Shown: positions 29,200 to 42,107 of the stretch, piece after piece
Position numbering within the stretch: the stretch's first letter is position 1
Layout of the letters: every line of letters begins with the position of its first letter
Assembly (NCBI GenBank): GCA_965235115.1
Contig: OZ249436.1
Coordinates: 40,860,001-40,924,000 of the forward strand
DNA from: Laetmonice hystrix
Taxonomy: Eukaryota
Direction of reading: 5' to 3'
Length of the DNA stretch: 64,000 nt
Notes under the pieces: model-generated
Told to the model about the DNA's origin: nothing
The model's input: the letters and a program-made list of their open reading frames with translations, nothing else
Databases searched by the model: none
Program-made: the position numbers and the translations under genes

Positions 29200-32100
29200 T
29201 CGCCTATAGGTTAGGGGCAGTAAGGCAGGGCAGGGGTTCTTTTTTTCGGGGGACGTCCAGAGACCAAGGTTAGGGATTGAGATTAGGGTAGGGATAAATT
29301 TTTAGTCACATTTCTTTAATATGTTACCAATGGGGGGGGGGGGTCTACCCTCTGAACCTTAATTTGGACACCACATTACAACGTCCTGTTTCTATTTCAA
29401 TTATAAGATAAATATTTGTTGAAAAGAAGAACTGAAAATGCAGGGATTCAAATATATTTTAGCATATATATAGCATTTATGTCCCAGAAAACTGTGAAGT
29501 TAAATGTTTTAATTAAGTTTATGTAAATGGTTGGTAATTTTGATCCGTATAGGCCTATAAATTGATTTGTGTCTCCTAAGCTTTATGAACAGAAAACGTA
29601 TCCTGGATACATTCCTGTATTATTGTCGCAGGATTATACTGATTTAAACTAGTTTTCATAGTTCCGTTAAAAATCCGTTCTATATACGGGGCATTCAAAA
29701 CTATAATATTATGATATGTTATTTTTGTATTCTATAGTGTGTACAGATATTTTTGTTGGAAGTTTTGAAAAAGTTTAAAAGTTTCATTATTGACCGTGGG
29801 GAGACCCCGTTGTGAGATCTACGACCACATACGGTAAGGTCTCAGTATACATTTCTTTTAGTATCTTGTCTGACCTGACATGCAGGTGATAAATTGGGAC
29901 GTATACCTTTGAGTACCTTATATACATTATTATAGAGCCAGCTGGTTGCTGCGTGAGGTGCAGGGGTGAGGGAAGGTTTCAGGTAAAATTGCACTACTCC
30001 TCCTCCATGTCGCTACATGGCCGTGGCCCGGAGACCCTCCGAGTGGACATGGGGCAGGCACCGGCCAGCCAATCTTCCGCTCGCTGCAGGCAATGGTTAT
30101 ACGGCCATGGAAGGAGGCTGATCATGAGAGCGGCCCGATCCTTGCAGCCCGGCCCCGACCCGGCGGCGACCCGGCCGGGTACAGGTTCATGGCCATATAT
30201 AGGCGGTGGGGCCGTACCCCCAAACCACGGCGGCCGACCAACGGCCGCTCGGAGCCATCACTGCCGCGGGAGGCCGACAGCCACCGCCGCCGGGGCCGCC
30301 GGGGTATACAGCTCACAGGGCGGGCTCTTCATCTCTCTCACGGTGTTCTACAACAGGACTTTCTACCCCCCCACCCACCCCGACCTCCCGCATGCCAGCT
30401 CCCAGTGGTGTCTTTGAGTTCAAACCTCTTACACCTCACGCGCTGTGCATTTTCTCCATCCTATCCTATATTATATTATTATGTATTTAAGCATGTGTCT
30501 ACCCTTCAAGCGGATACATTTTATTTTGCACGTTTCTAGTGTTTCTCTGATACATTTGGCCATTCTATATAGGCCTAATATAATGGACATACACTGTATG
30601 TAGGCCTATAAAGGTTCCCTAGTATACTGTATAGGCCTACTCTCTCTAATTCGTGCATAATTCAAATAATGAAGGAACCATCAGCAGTGGCGGATGTAAA
30701 GGGGGGAGGGCGGCTACGCGGGTTGCAACCCAATAACGAAGTAATTTTTCTTTTTCCCGCTTGACACAAAACATGCACCCCTCCCCCGACACCCCACAAC
30801 CCCACCATCTATCCCAAATTCCTGCCACCTCTACAGGTATCCAGACCCATAAAAATGATCCGTGGCCTATACACTGGGGACTATGAGTGCAGAGGGGTCA
30901 GATGGGTGACACATGGTCGGATAATCACAATGTTTCAAGTTGGGCCATTTTTACCCACGTTAACTTCACGCCATGTTTGATGAGGGTGTGTTCCCACCAG
31001 GTGTGGCATTCCTAGTGTTGATGAATGCCGGCAGAGGTCGCCCTGTAGAGCGGTGATAACGAGGGCCGGGCCGGGAGATGGGGTCGGTTGTATCGACACT
31101 CACGGGTGCATGCATGGTTGTTGTTGTTGTTGTTGTCAGTGGGAGTAGAGAGACCCTGGAGAGAGTGAGTCCCTTGGTACATTTAACCTTAAAAGGTAAT
31201 CTCCATTTAGCCTCGTGATTAGTCGCCCACCTTGGGATATGATCCACATATTGCAGCATATATGGGCCTACACAGTAGGCCTAGAGCAATGACGCGTCCC
31301 CTGTTGTTGTTGTTGTTGTTGTTGTTGTGGTTGTTGTTGATATATTCATTCATTGATTTATTGACACTGTAGAAGCATGGTGGAATGTACAAGTTGAATA
31401 TAATCATAATAAATGATTTAGAAGACCCCCCCCCCCCCCCGGTAGATTTAAACATTAGCGGTGTTTTCACAGATGGGATATTACAAACAGAAAGCTCATA
31501 GCTTTATACTCAGAGTCCCGCATTTCTATGATATGAAATAGTTTTAATACGATTGGAATATTTCCTGGATTAGGCCTAACCTCCATCTCTTTCTATAGGC
31601 CTATGCTGGCCCTATAGATCTACCGTCTCTGATTTCCGACTGAATGGTCAATGACAATCATAGTCAAATTATTCTTGCCTTTTTAAAAATTACATGTGAT
31701 TTTAACATACCAAACATACCAAAACTCGGAATGCACGCGTGTTACTAAGTGTTGTTACTGTTTCTGACTCGATAGAGTGAGGGTAGGCCCGTGTGGTGTA
31801 CGTACATACATTTGTAGGCCCCTGTACGCGTATAGAATATACCGGGCTTACGGACGCACGGACGGCGGGGCGCCAGACCGTCACAACACCTGGCGACGTA
31901 CGCGAACATCACGTGCTCTGTGTCCATCCGGCTGATCGGAGAGACAACGTTACGACTACACTGAGCCGACGTTGACATATTGCTGCCCACCTAGTATAAC
32001 GTAAATCATTGATGTCTCTATACAACCGTTACAACTGCCCTCTGCTGCAGAGGCGATACGTTTACTCTCTAGTAAGAAAATTACTTCCTTTTCTATAGCT

Positions 32101-33466
32101 ATAGACAATATAGATATTAACCGACATTTTAAGTTTGTATTATTCGTAAACTCAACATATTAAATGAAACATGGATTAACTCAAGAAACAACTCCGCCTG
32201 TTTAATATTCTTTTTTTAAAGTATAATCGATTACCCTTTGTATTTTTTTTAATTTTTAATTTTCTTGATTAAACTTTTAATCATGCAGAATACCTGGTGT
32301 ACATGACATGGTGTGAGGTGACAATTTAGCTCTGCATAAATAACATTTCCTACGTCTTCGCGAATTCACTGTGAAGGTGTTGTGAATGGTACGGAAACCT
32401 CTACAATAATGGTTCTATTCAGCATTAATGTCCTCAGAATATTATACAGGGCTACCAGACGTTATTTCTCTAAAAGCCTCATACTTTGTAGAAGATTTGT
32501 AGAAGAGGTCAATTCTCAGCTATACTTCTTTAATGGAGTTATGTTGTATTTTATCACATATTGTGTGAAGTGTCACAAACTATTAGCCCTAAGTGCAGCA
32601 TATAGCTGATCCAGCCTTACCACGTCTTGTAGCAGGCCTAATAATTATGCGCCCATCATTACTCACATAACCTCGGAGTCCCACACTATTTTAAGTCAAC
32701 ATTTGAAAGAAAAAAGGGCGGTGTGCATGAAAAAGATGGTATTGCATGTCCCTCCTGGCTGAATTGTTGATCGCACACTCACCCCGCCAGGCCACCAGAC
32801 GGTTTAGTCAAATATGTACGCCAGGGGGCGCCCTAGGCCAATATAACTGAAAGTACATTGTACAATAGCAGTAGTAGTATAGTAACCTTTCACTTAAAAA
32901 AATCTTTTCATAATTAGATAACTTGATTGATTGATTGCTTGAGTGCTTGATTTATTGGTTGACTGAGAGATTATTTTATTTATCGAGTGGAAAATGATAA
33001 AGGTATTCTTTACAGATGAAGAAATTCTTGAAAGAACTTATGTACATCCTGGGTAACATGCACGTTATAACATATGATTTGGCTCCACAAGCCGTAAACA
33101 AAGACAATAATAGATAGATAACTCAATTTAAGGGTTGTTAGTAGTAATGTTCATGTACAGCGCCTTTACAATACCTTCAGTAGTATTTGAACAAACAGTA
33201 CAGTATTTGCTGTGAGTGCAAAGGTGTCATAAACTTGCATGTGAAGTATACACTATACAAGTCTTCATACCACCCCTCCCTTTTAGCTTCGTCAGCCCTG
33301 ACACTGGGTCACGAACTCTGGATCTTCATCCACCCTCCCACCCTCCCCGGTACCAGAGGCACCGTCCCACGTGCTGCCACCTGGTGGTAACACTGAACAG
33401 CAGGCCGAAAATTTGTTTGTACAATGACCACTAGATGGAGCCACTGGGTGATGTAGACACTTCGGC

Positions 33467-33967
33467 GGGCCAACGTGTATAGTCAATCGGCTGAATTTGA
33501 TCAAATGTCACGTAGAATTCCCTTACAACATTACATTTATCAATGCATTCCATCAGGGTTCCGGGGTAATTCCAATCTCACAGAGTTGATCATTGCCGGT
33601 CAGAATTTCTTGCAGGTGGATTCATCCAGCATCTCATCTCAACTATAGTTCTACCTATGTTTCCGACACGTAGCTCTAGACTAATCTTGCTTTCCTGACT
33701 TGATTTATTAAAATGTTCTATTTACCTTAAGCTTAAGCTTCATCTTCCCAAAAAAAGTTAAAAAAAAGATTATGTCTCGATGGCTCCTGGGCTCGTTGCC
33801 TACCAATCGACGGTCATGCATGCATACGTTTACAAACGAAATGGAGCGTGATAAAGTTCGTGCACGGTCCACGTGCAGTCAAGCGACTGAATTTGATAAA
33901 GCGTCACGTAGAATTCCCTTACAACATCACATTCATCAATGCATTCCATCAGGGTTTCGGGGTAATA
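33467..33967 (+). repeat. About 100-bp dispersed direct duplication (33467-33570 and 33866-33967)
   Basis: Both copies contain CTGAATTTGAT..GTCACGTAGAATTCCCTTACAACAT.ACATT.ATCAATGCATTCCATCAGGGTT.CGGGGTAAT. Confidence 0.9.
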
Positions 33968-34029
33968 AAAGTCGAAGCTCAAATTTCGGCCGAGGGGCGA
34001 TTTTTACCTTTTTATTTAGTTCAAGATAT

Positions 34030-34192
34030 AAGACAAGAAGAATAAGAAGAAGAAGAAAAAAAAGAAGAAGAAAGAGAAGAAAATGAATAATGAAAAAGAC
34101 GGAAAAGACGGGGGAAAAAAGAAAAAAGAGGAAAAAGTAAGAAAAAAAAGAACAAAAAAAAAAAAAGGAAGAAGAAAAAGAATAGGAAGAAT
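34030..34192 (+). repeat. A/G-rich low-complexity tract
   Basis: Degenerate (GAA)n/(A)n sequence. Confidence 0.9.
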
Positions 34193-37100
34193 AGGCCTAG
34201 GGGGCCTCCCCATTAGGTTCATTTTAAGCCCTTTCTGGCGGGTATTGCGCAAACCCTCCTTGTAGGGCTCACGACTGGGTTACTCGATTGTTTGAGTCTA
34301 GATTGGTATAGATACCCTGCTCCTAAAGCAATCTAATCGAAATTTCGTGAAATCGTAAATATTTGAAAAGAACAGGTGCATCGTTGCAGAAATCCATGCA
34401 GGGTACCACGCAAACGCCCGTCCGCCCCATTTGAGCGTACCGTGGCGGTGTGTGATGAGGAGGTGCCTGGCGTCATTCGCGGACCCACTCGAGTGTGACT
34501 GTTTGTGGACGCACCGTTTGACAGAGCTCTGGCCATGCGCCCGCCAGACAGCCATCAAACACCCAGTGCTACCACTCGACGTCAAGAACAGCTTGGTGAA
34601 CGTCAACGCTCCTGGACTGAATTGAAATCATTAAGAAGGATTCCACCTCGAGTTTAGCTCGCCCCTGGCCATGTGAAACACAAAGGTACGTGTGGATCTT
34701 TGCTTGCTCGGCCTCTCAGACCGAGTTCTTCTCCATCGCTGCCGGATGTGAGGGACTGTAAATATTGCCATGTGAAACTCGCGCGGCGAAGGTGGAACCG
34801 TCGGACGAAGTGCAGACTGCCAGACTTGGGATGGATCCAGCTCTGCTCGTAACTTGCCGGCAAATCGTCCCACAGTTAACTCTACCGGGATCGAGCTAGA
34901 TCTATATCGGAAACCAACAGAAGAACCCGGTATTACGACATGCTGACTGACCGGCTTTTTGCGCCGAGGTGTGGCCTATTTTATCATGCCGATTCAAGGT
35001 TTCGGCTCCAGCGTTGTTAAAGGCGTGTGGAACGCCAGTCTGAACGGTTGAGCTGAATTGATCGATTATCGATAGGGTAGAGGATGACATCATTATTCTG
35101 AGGTAGGAGCAGGCATAATCACAATATTCAGCGTCCCATAACTCAGAGCCAGGTGTTGTGGGAGAAGAGGGCCTGGCATTAATGATTTAGCAATCAATTC
35201 ATACCAATGTCAGTTTAGGACGGGGCTGGGCCATGGACCCACAAAAGATAGCAGGGGTGTAGCCAGGGAGCCCCCCCCCCCCACCACCACCATTACCCCA
35301 GTAAAGATTGAACTTTCATTATACAAACACCAATAGGGCTAGGTGTTTAAAAAGTGTGTCGCGGATCTCCGCCCCCCCCTCTCAGAAAATTCCCCCTCCC
35401 CCTCCGTGTATTAATGCTTAGGCCTACATTATCAAATCTCTTCTATTATATAGACGTATATTGTAATTGGTTAAAAATTTGTTCTTTTTAGAAATGTGGA
35501 CCAAGGTAGTCTGTAGACGCAGCACATAAAAGACTGGGATGGGGGTTATATATATAACGGAACCCCCATACTTTTTGTTGTTGTTTGTTTGTTGTTTTTT
35601 GTTGTTTTTTGTTGCCTTTTTGTGTTTTGAAATCGAGCTTCTCCCTCCTTTAGCTTGACTATTATTTTCCCTCGATGACCTCCTTACACGCCTGCATAAA
35701 CTCACAGATCTAGCTTTAAGAAGAAGAAGGTATATGTTAGAAGTCGTCAACCAGTCATAAAACCCTACATGCGCCGAGAGATTATGCGCCTGTTACGCCA
35801 TAGTTGGCTGATGACCCCTAGTCCTATCAATTATTTAGGCCTGTGTTTCACAGACAACTCTGCCCCATATGCTAGAAATTTTCCCCATGCAATAGACCCC
35901 CCCCCCCCACTCCATCTAGCTAACCTCCCCAAGTTACCAAAACCTGGATCCACCCAGGAAGATTGCACCTTGTCACGATGAAACAACATGAGATCATGTT
36001 GAACCAAAGATGGTTGTGTTTGCCCTAAAGAATGTGTTGGCATTGCTCACACATGTTGTTTTTATGTGAAAAGTTAATACTTCAGATTTTTTGTACGGGT
36101 GAGTAACTGGGTTAAATGTTGGCTAGTGTACACATCATCACTACCTGAGACATACAGAAATATATCAAAGGTATGCACATATACTGTAAATATACAAGTT
36201 TGAGAGTAAAATGAATAGAATGGGTAGCCCCGGTAGTGGGTTTACACCTAGATGCCAGGGGTGATAAGTAGCCAAGACCATTCTAGTGCCAGACTTTGCC
36301 AAGCCACCTGTGACACAACACCCCCAGAATCATATCAGCTACACGATATTGATGTTCAAAATACTAGTAGGTGACGGCTGACGGAGCTGGCAATACTCTT
36401 AGATTATAGAACTCAAAGAAATTATTATTCGAAGAAACGTGTTTTCTAAAATATTGCGTTTTGAAGGAAAAGGACCGCGAAACGTTCATTTTAATTGGTC
36501 CCAAGGATGGGTGTCCTGATTCCCTGGACCCCCATCAGTACGACTATTATAGTTCAGAAAAACTTCATGCATTATATATCGTATAATTGCCTCGTAATAC
36601 AAAGGAGCCCGTTGCACACTCGAAGTTAGGTTAAATATTGAACGTTAAAAAAGTTCAAGACAGTTTTTGATGGCCATTGATGCTGAGGTCATAGAATGGC
36701 GAACTTGACGCAGGTCCTCGGGTTAGCCTTAGTCATTAGCGATGATTAAAGTTGCATTGACATGGTTCTAATTCATTATGAATAGATCAGCACTGATAAA
36801 AGCCCACAGAATTGCTGGCAAGGCGAGCCGTATGCCAATTGTGTGATCGCATGAACCGTCACAGATCGAGACCTTATTGTTGACGTCCAAGGTCTGCGCT
36901 CCACTATCTCTGTCTAGCTGTCCGTCTGTCTGGCTGTCGCTTGGTGGAATTTGATCATTCTTTTCTACCTCATTCTATGATAGTAGGAAGGCTGAACCTG
37001 GAAAAGTGGCCTAAATATCAATTTCGTTCTACCGGAGAGAGCAAAAGCAACCACCATGTCAAAATTATTCTATGCAATATCCTGCGTTCTGCTAGGGTGG

Positions 37101-39424
37101 TGGTCAAGCTCTATTCTTGTGCTAAGGTCACGAACGCAGGGGTCAAAGGTCAAAGGTCACACAAAAATAGGGGTTCCTAAAAAATAAACATATTTCCCCC
37201 TCACTCTAAACTTAATAAAGCTATGAATCTCAAAATTGGTATATTATTAGACGTCCGAAGGGGCTTTCCAGAAAAATATAATTTGTTGACCTTTGACCCC
37301 AAGGTCAAGGTCATTTGAACCAAAACATCCGTTTAAAAAGGCTAAAATTTAGTTATAACATGAAAACGTTTCATCTCATTAAAAAAATTGAGGCCCAATT
37401 CTATAAGTTTGATAACATTCAGAAGGTGACGGAGCCTGCCAGTTGCCATGTCATCACGTTTGGCCATCAAGCCTCGGTAACTATGGCAAATCCCCTGGCA
37501 ACGAAAGATGTGCAGGATCTCAAAAAGCGCTAAATCTGATGCTTTATACCCATTTTCTGTACATTTGCCTGGGCTGTGTGGGATTATTTTGAATTTGAGT
37601 AAACGCAAAAGGTTTTATAAGGCAGTGTAATATATTTATGGAAAATATACATGTTTCCCTAGAAATATATAGTCTCTCTGTGGATGGTTACCATGGCAAC
37701 CATGCAGACTATACTGGATATTTTTCAAATGAGACCAATCCTACAAGATTATCGGCCTGGTGCCTGACTCGGCAGATAAGGTACAGGTTTTAGGCTCTGC
37801 GCCAAGCAAGAGGGACATGACCTTGAATTAAAGGTCAAGGTCATCTCCCACTTGGTTCAAGGTCATTTCATTATATGGTTTGGAAAGCTTTTTTGTCGGT
37901 ATAGTTATAGCATACATGGTTTAAAAGTCACTACGGCCATGGCAGTCCAGTCATTCTACAATAAAAAAATGGTCAACCCAGCACAAATTGCAACAGAAAT
38001 TATTTTATCGCCATTAATATCAGAATTGTCCATAGAATAATATATCAAAAGTCTAGAAGAATCTGAGTGGTCGAATAGTGCCTAATTTGCATCCATAGCA
38101 ACCACTTAATTTTTGCATATTTCCTTAGCAACCGGTTTCCTAAATATACATAAGCTACACGAAACTTCTTGAAATAACATTAAACTACAATAAAGGAGTA
38201 AAATGAGTATATTGAATTTTAGGTAGCGCCATCTTGTTGCCTAGCAACCAGCTTTGAAATGTTACAGCTCCTTAGCAACTAATGATATAATCCCATTACC
38301 TGCATTTTTATTTCAATATTAACGCCTTCTGCTGAACACTTCTGCTTCCCAAGTAGACAAAATACTATCATAGATTGTTATGACAACCTTGGTTTGCATC
38401 CAAAACATTCTGTTGCCTAGTAACAGATGAGTAATTCACATGATCTTCCTAGCAACTACCACCATAGTCACATAGCCCACTGGAATCAGCTCACTAGAGT
38501 CATGTTAGTCGTGAGAACAAGCGGTAATTTGCCTTTTGTGACAGAATTCCGCATGATAAATCAAAATCTTTTATTTCCTTAGCTACATTTTGAGCCGTAA
38601 AGGTTTTGTTGCATAGCAAAAATCTATTTTTTTATGTTTTCATAACAACTAGTCATGTAATTATATATAAGCTAAATGAAACGATTTGAAATATGATAAG
38701 AAGGCAAAAAGGAATTAAATGGGCATCTTGATATAGTAAAGCCATCTTGTTACCTAGTAACAGTGATGAAAACATTAAATCTCCTTAGCAACCAATTACC
38801 TAAAGCTCGGACTTGCCAATGTAGAAGATATTATGGTGAAATATTGTGTTTTTGGCTCTGAGGGCCACGGGGTCACGGGTGACCCCGCCTAATAGGGTCC
38901 AGCCCCTAATTAGTCCTATATACTTGTACTCAAACTAAAACTAAAACTTAACCACCCCTTTATGTCTGACATTATAAACTAGATTTTAAACAGGAAATCT
39001 TGTATTTTTCACAGTTTCCATGGCATTGACGCAATTCGCAATTAATTAAAGACAATATTACTTTTTCTATATAAGAACTACCCCTGACTATATAAAATAT
39101 TAATATAAGAATGGGTAACGTTTCTTGGCCATATCAGTTTTTTTACTAGCTTTCCTGAAAAAAAAAAACAATTCCCAGGTCTCGTGGTTATGGCATGGCA
39201 TCTATAGACTCCCTTTGGGCATAGAGCAATGTTCCAGTACCTTCATTATCGTAGTGGTCGCATACATGTCAGTGATAGCTTGTCTGGGATCTTCGAATAA
39301 CGATATCAGAAGATGGCACACAGCTTTCACACCCAAGATTTCCTGCAGTCTCATGGGACAAATTAAATTATATTCTTACATTGTAACGACTGAAACATCA
39401 ACATTTCTTATATCCCGTACATAC

Positions 39425-40288
39425 CCCCTTTACACAGGGGTGGCAATCGTTGAGAGATCGTTGAGCGATGAAGAAATGGCCAGATTATCTCAACGATCTT
39501 TCAATGAGCACCCAGCGATCACCAAGATCTCTCAATGATCTTTCAGCGATCTCCACGGTCGCCACGGTCTCCTCAATGTTTTGAACAGTCCAAAACAATT
39601 GCTCAATGATCGCCAAGGGAAGCGATCTCTCAACAAACGCTCAACGAACCTTCAAGCAGCACTTATCGATCTCCCAATGATCAGCGATCTTTTAATGACC
39701 GCTACATTTTTCCACCCCGAAGGTAGAGATGACTGAGAGATCAGTGAGGGATTGCTGAGCGTTCGATGAAAGACCAATAGAGTTCATTGAAAGACCATAG
39801 CGAAGATCGCGATCGCTGAGAGATCATTGAGCGATCAATTTCCGCTTGAGAGATTGATGAGCCTCCATTGAGAGATTGGGGAGAGATTTCTGCGGCGATG
39901 GGAAGCTCAGCAACCTCCTTAGTCACCTGGAAGGAACTCTCAATGATCCCTTAGCTATCTCTCAGTGGTCACTCCTGGTCTCTCAGTGATCTCTCTTCGC
40001 ACAACAAGCTCTCAGCAAACTCTCAATAATCGCTGCAGGAGGCTTAGTTTCCATTGATCTCTCAAGGATCTTTCAATGAGCGCTCAATGATCGCCAAAGT
40101 CGCTCAAAGATCTCTATAGATCGCCATGAAAGTTGGCAAAAATTGCATTTCTGACCAAAGAGTGCACAAGGATCTTCCAAACATTCACACAGAAACGGCT
40201 TTTTCGAGGCTTTATGAGACCGCTGAGAAATTGGGCCAATTTTTGATCGCTCAATGGTCACCCAACGATCTCCGTGAGTGTAAAGGGG
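39425..40288. mobile_element. Harbinger-like MITE nested in the spacer of the foldback element
   Basis: TIR CCCCTTTACAC (39425-39435) and GTGTAAAGGGG (40278-40288). Interior built from GATC/CTCAATGATC/GAGAGATC sub-repeats in both orientations. Confidence 0.7.
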
Positions 40289-40737
40289 CCCTGAGCAAGT
40301 GATCACAGATCACTTGTTACATTGGTGCAGATACCTCTACACTGTCCACACCCAGTGGAACAGTGGAGACCATGCCTCCTGCAACTACACCTCATTGTGT
40401 CACATCCCATGGTACAGTTACAACTGACTACATCCAGCAATTATTTTGTAGAATTAATCTCAACGGTCGCACCATCCATTGTATAGGGAGGCCATGGTAT
40501 AGGACGGCCATGAGGCCATGGTACAGTCATGCAGCCATGTTATAGGACAGCCATGGTATAGGACGGCCATTGTATTAAACCTTTTGTTTCTGACCACCTC
40601 AAGTTCTTGGACTCCAGGAGGTTGTGATAAAAGCAATATTTCAGTCATATTTAGAGCGATATGAACCATTCAATTCAATCAAGTTACCTATTGTATCCCT
40701 GAGTCCGGGGGGGGGGGGGGTCATGATGAGGATGAAG

Positions 40738-41124
40738 TAGTGGGGGATCCAGGATTTTGATAAGGGGGGGCCCACCTGAAAAAATTTTTTAGCCTCACTA
40801 CGCTCGGCATGATTTCATTGCGCTTATGCCGAGCGTAGCGAGGCTAAAAAAAATTTCAAAAATGGCCATAAATGGCCATTTTGGGCCCCTTTTGATCTGT
40901 TTCAATGTGCAATGGCCCAGAGTTATGTTGCTTCTGGATGACTGAGGAGGCCCTTTTGGGCCCGATGTTACTATCACGTATAATATACGAAGTTTTTTGT
41001 AAAAAGAATTTTGTTGGAATACTGGTTTCAGGGTCCGAATACTGCATCTTCTTAAAAAAAAGCGGGGAAAAGGAAAATTTAAGGGGGGGCCCGGGCCCCT
41101 TGGGCCCCCCTGGATCCCCCAGTG
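40738..41124. mobile_element. hAT-like MITE nested in the foldback spacer
   Basis: TAGTGGGGGATCCAGG ... CCTGGATCCCCCAGTG, with 8-bp flanks GGATGAAG and GGATGAAA (7/8 match). Confidence 0.8.
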
Positions 41125-41535
41125 GGATGAAAGGAGAAAGAAACCTGCCACCGGGAGGCAATCCCCTACTCTTTTCGAGAAATTGCAAGCGTTCTTTTAT
41201 AATACCCAGTCAGATAAACACGGCTGTACATACCAAAGCCTTTGATGACCCAGTTAGAGAACACTGGGGAGGGCCAGTGGGAAAAAATAGTACACAAATG
41301 TACTGAAAACATCTAAATCCATATGTGCCATGCAGATGATTTTGCAATCCGACACTCGACCACCTTCCCCACACTCGCCCTCGCCCCATCTGTCGCCTTT
41401 TACGAACAGCCATGGGTTGAGCGGAGGATCATTCTTACGCACTTAGGGGTGGTTAAGTTTTAAGAAGCTTTCAACCTCAAGTATATAGGACTAATTAGGG
41501 GCTGGATCCTATTAGGTGGGGTCACCCGTGACCCC

Positions 41536-42107
41536 CATTCGGGACTCCCTCGGGCATATGATGTCACTTCCGGCTATTCGAATATACCTCGGGTGGATTA
41601 GTGGCCATGTTTGGCAACCGGATACATGGCCAAATGGAGGTGTGTAGCGAGGTACTGAGTGAACCGTCATATCACATCGAGCCAGGAAGTAGTGCATTAT
41701 TGACAGTCACACTTGCTCCTTCGGCGTTGTATGATTGTGCAAATATAAATTTCTGGTATGAAGGGGAACGTTAGAAGAGGAAAAATGAATCACCTAATTT
41801 ACCTAAATAGGCGTAATACGGTAATTTATCAAATTATGGGAAGCAATATGGCCGCGCCCATGAACGACAACACTACGATACATGGTAGGACTACTTGTCA
41901 TGAACATGGTTCTATCGTAATATTGCCCTTTTGGGGAAACCACTGGAGGCCTATTTTATTTGCTTCCATGCCTGATGCAGGCAAAATACTGCAAGCACTG
42001 CCATGTTGGCGAGAGTTCCTGTTAAATGTACCCGCGATGCAATGCTCAAAATGGCGCCTATTTCACCCGAGGCTACTTTCGAAGATATGGCCGAGGATTC
42101 CCGAATG
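41536..42107. mobile_element. 572-bp non-autonomous DNA transposon with CA...TG ends and a perfect 10-bp TSD
   Basis: TSD CCGTGACCCC at 41526-41535 and 42108-42117. Imperfect TIR CATTCGGGA..CCTCGG.CATAT...TTCGAA...CCTCGGGTG. The empty site (single copy of the 10-mer) is in the left arm at 38869-38878. Confidence 0.92.

Noticed and set aside
33772..34265. Arg/Lys-rich ORFs as protamine-like proteins
   Set aside because: They are translations of an A/G low-complexity tract.
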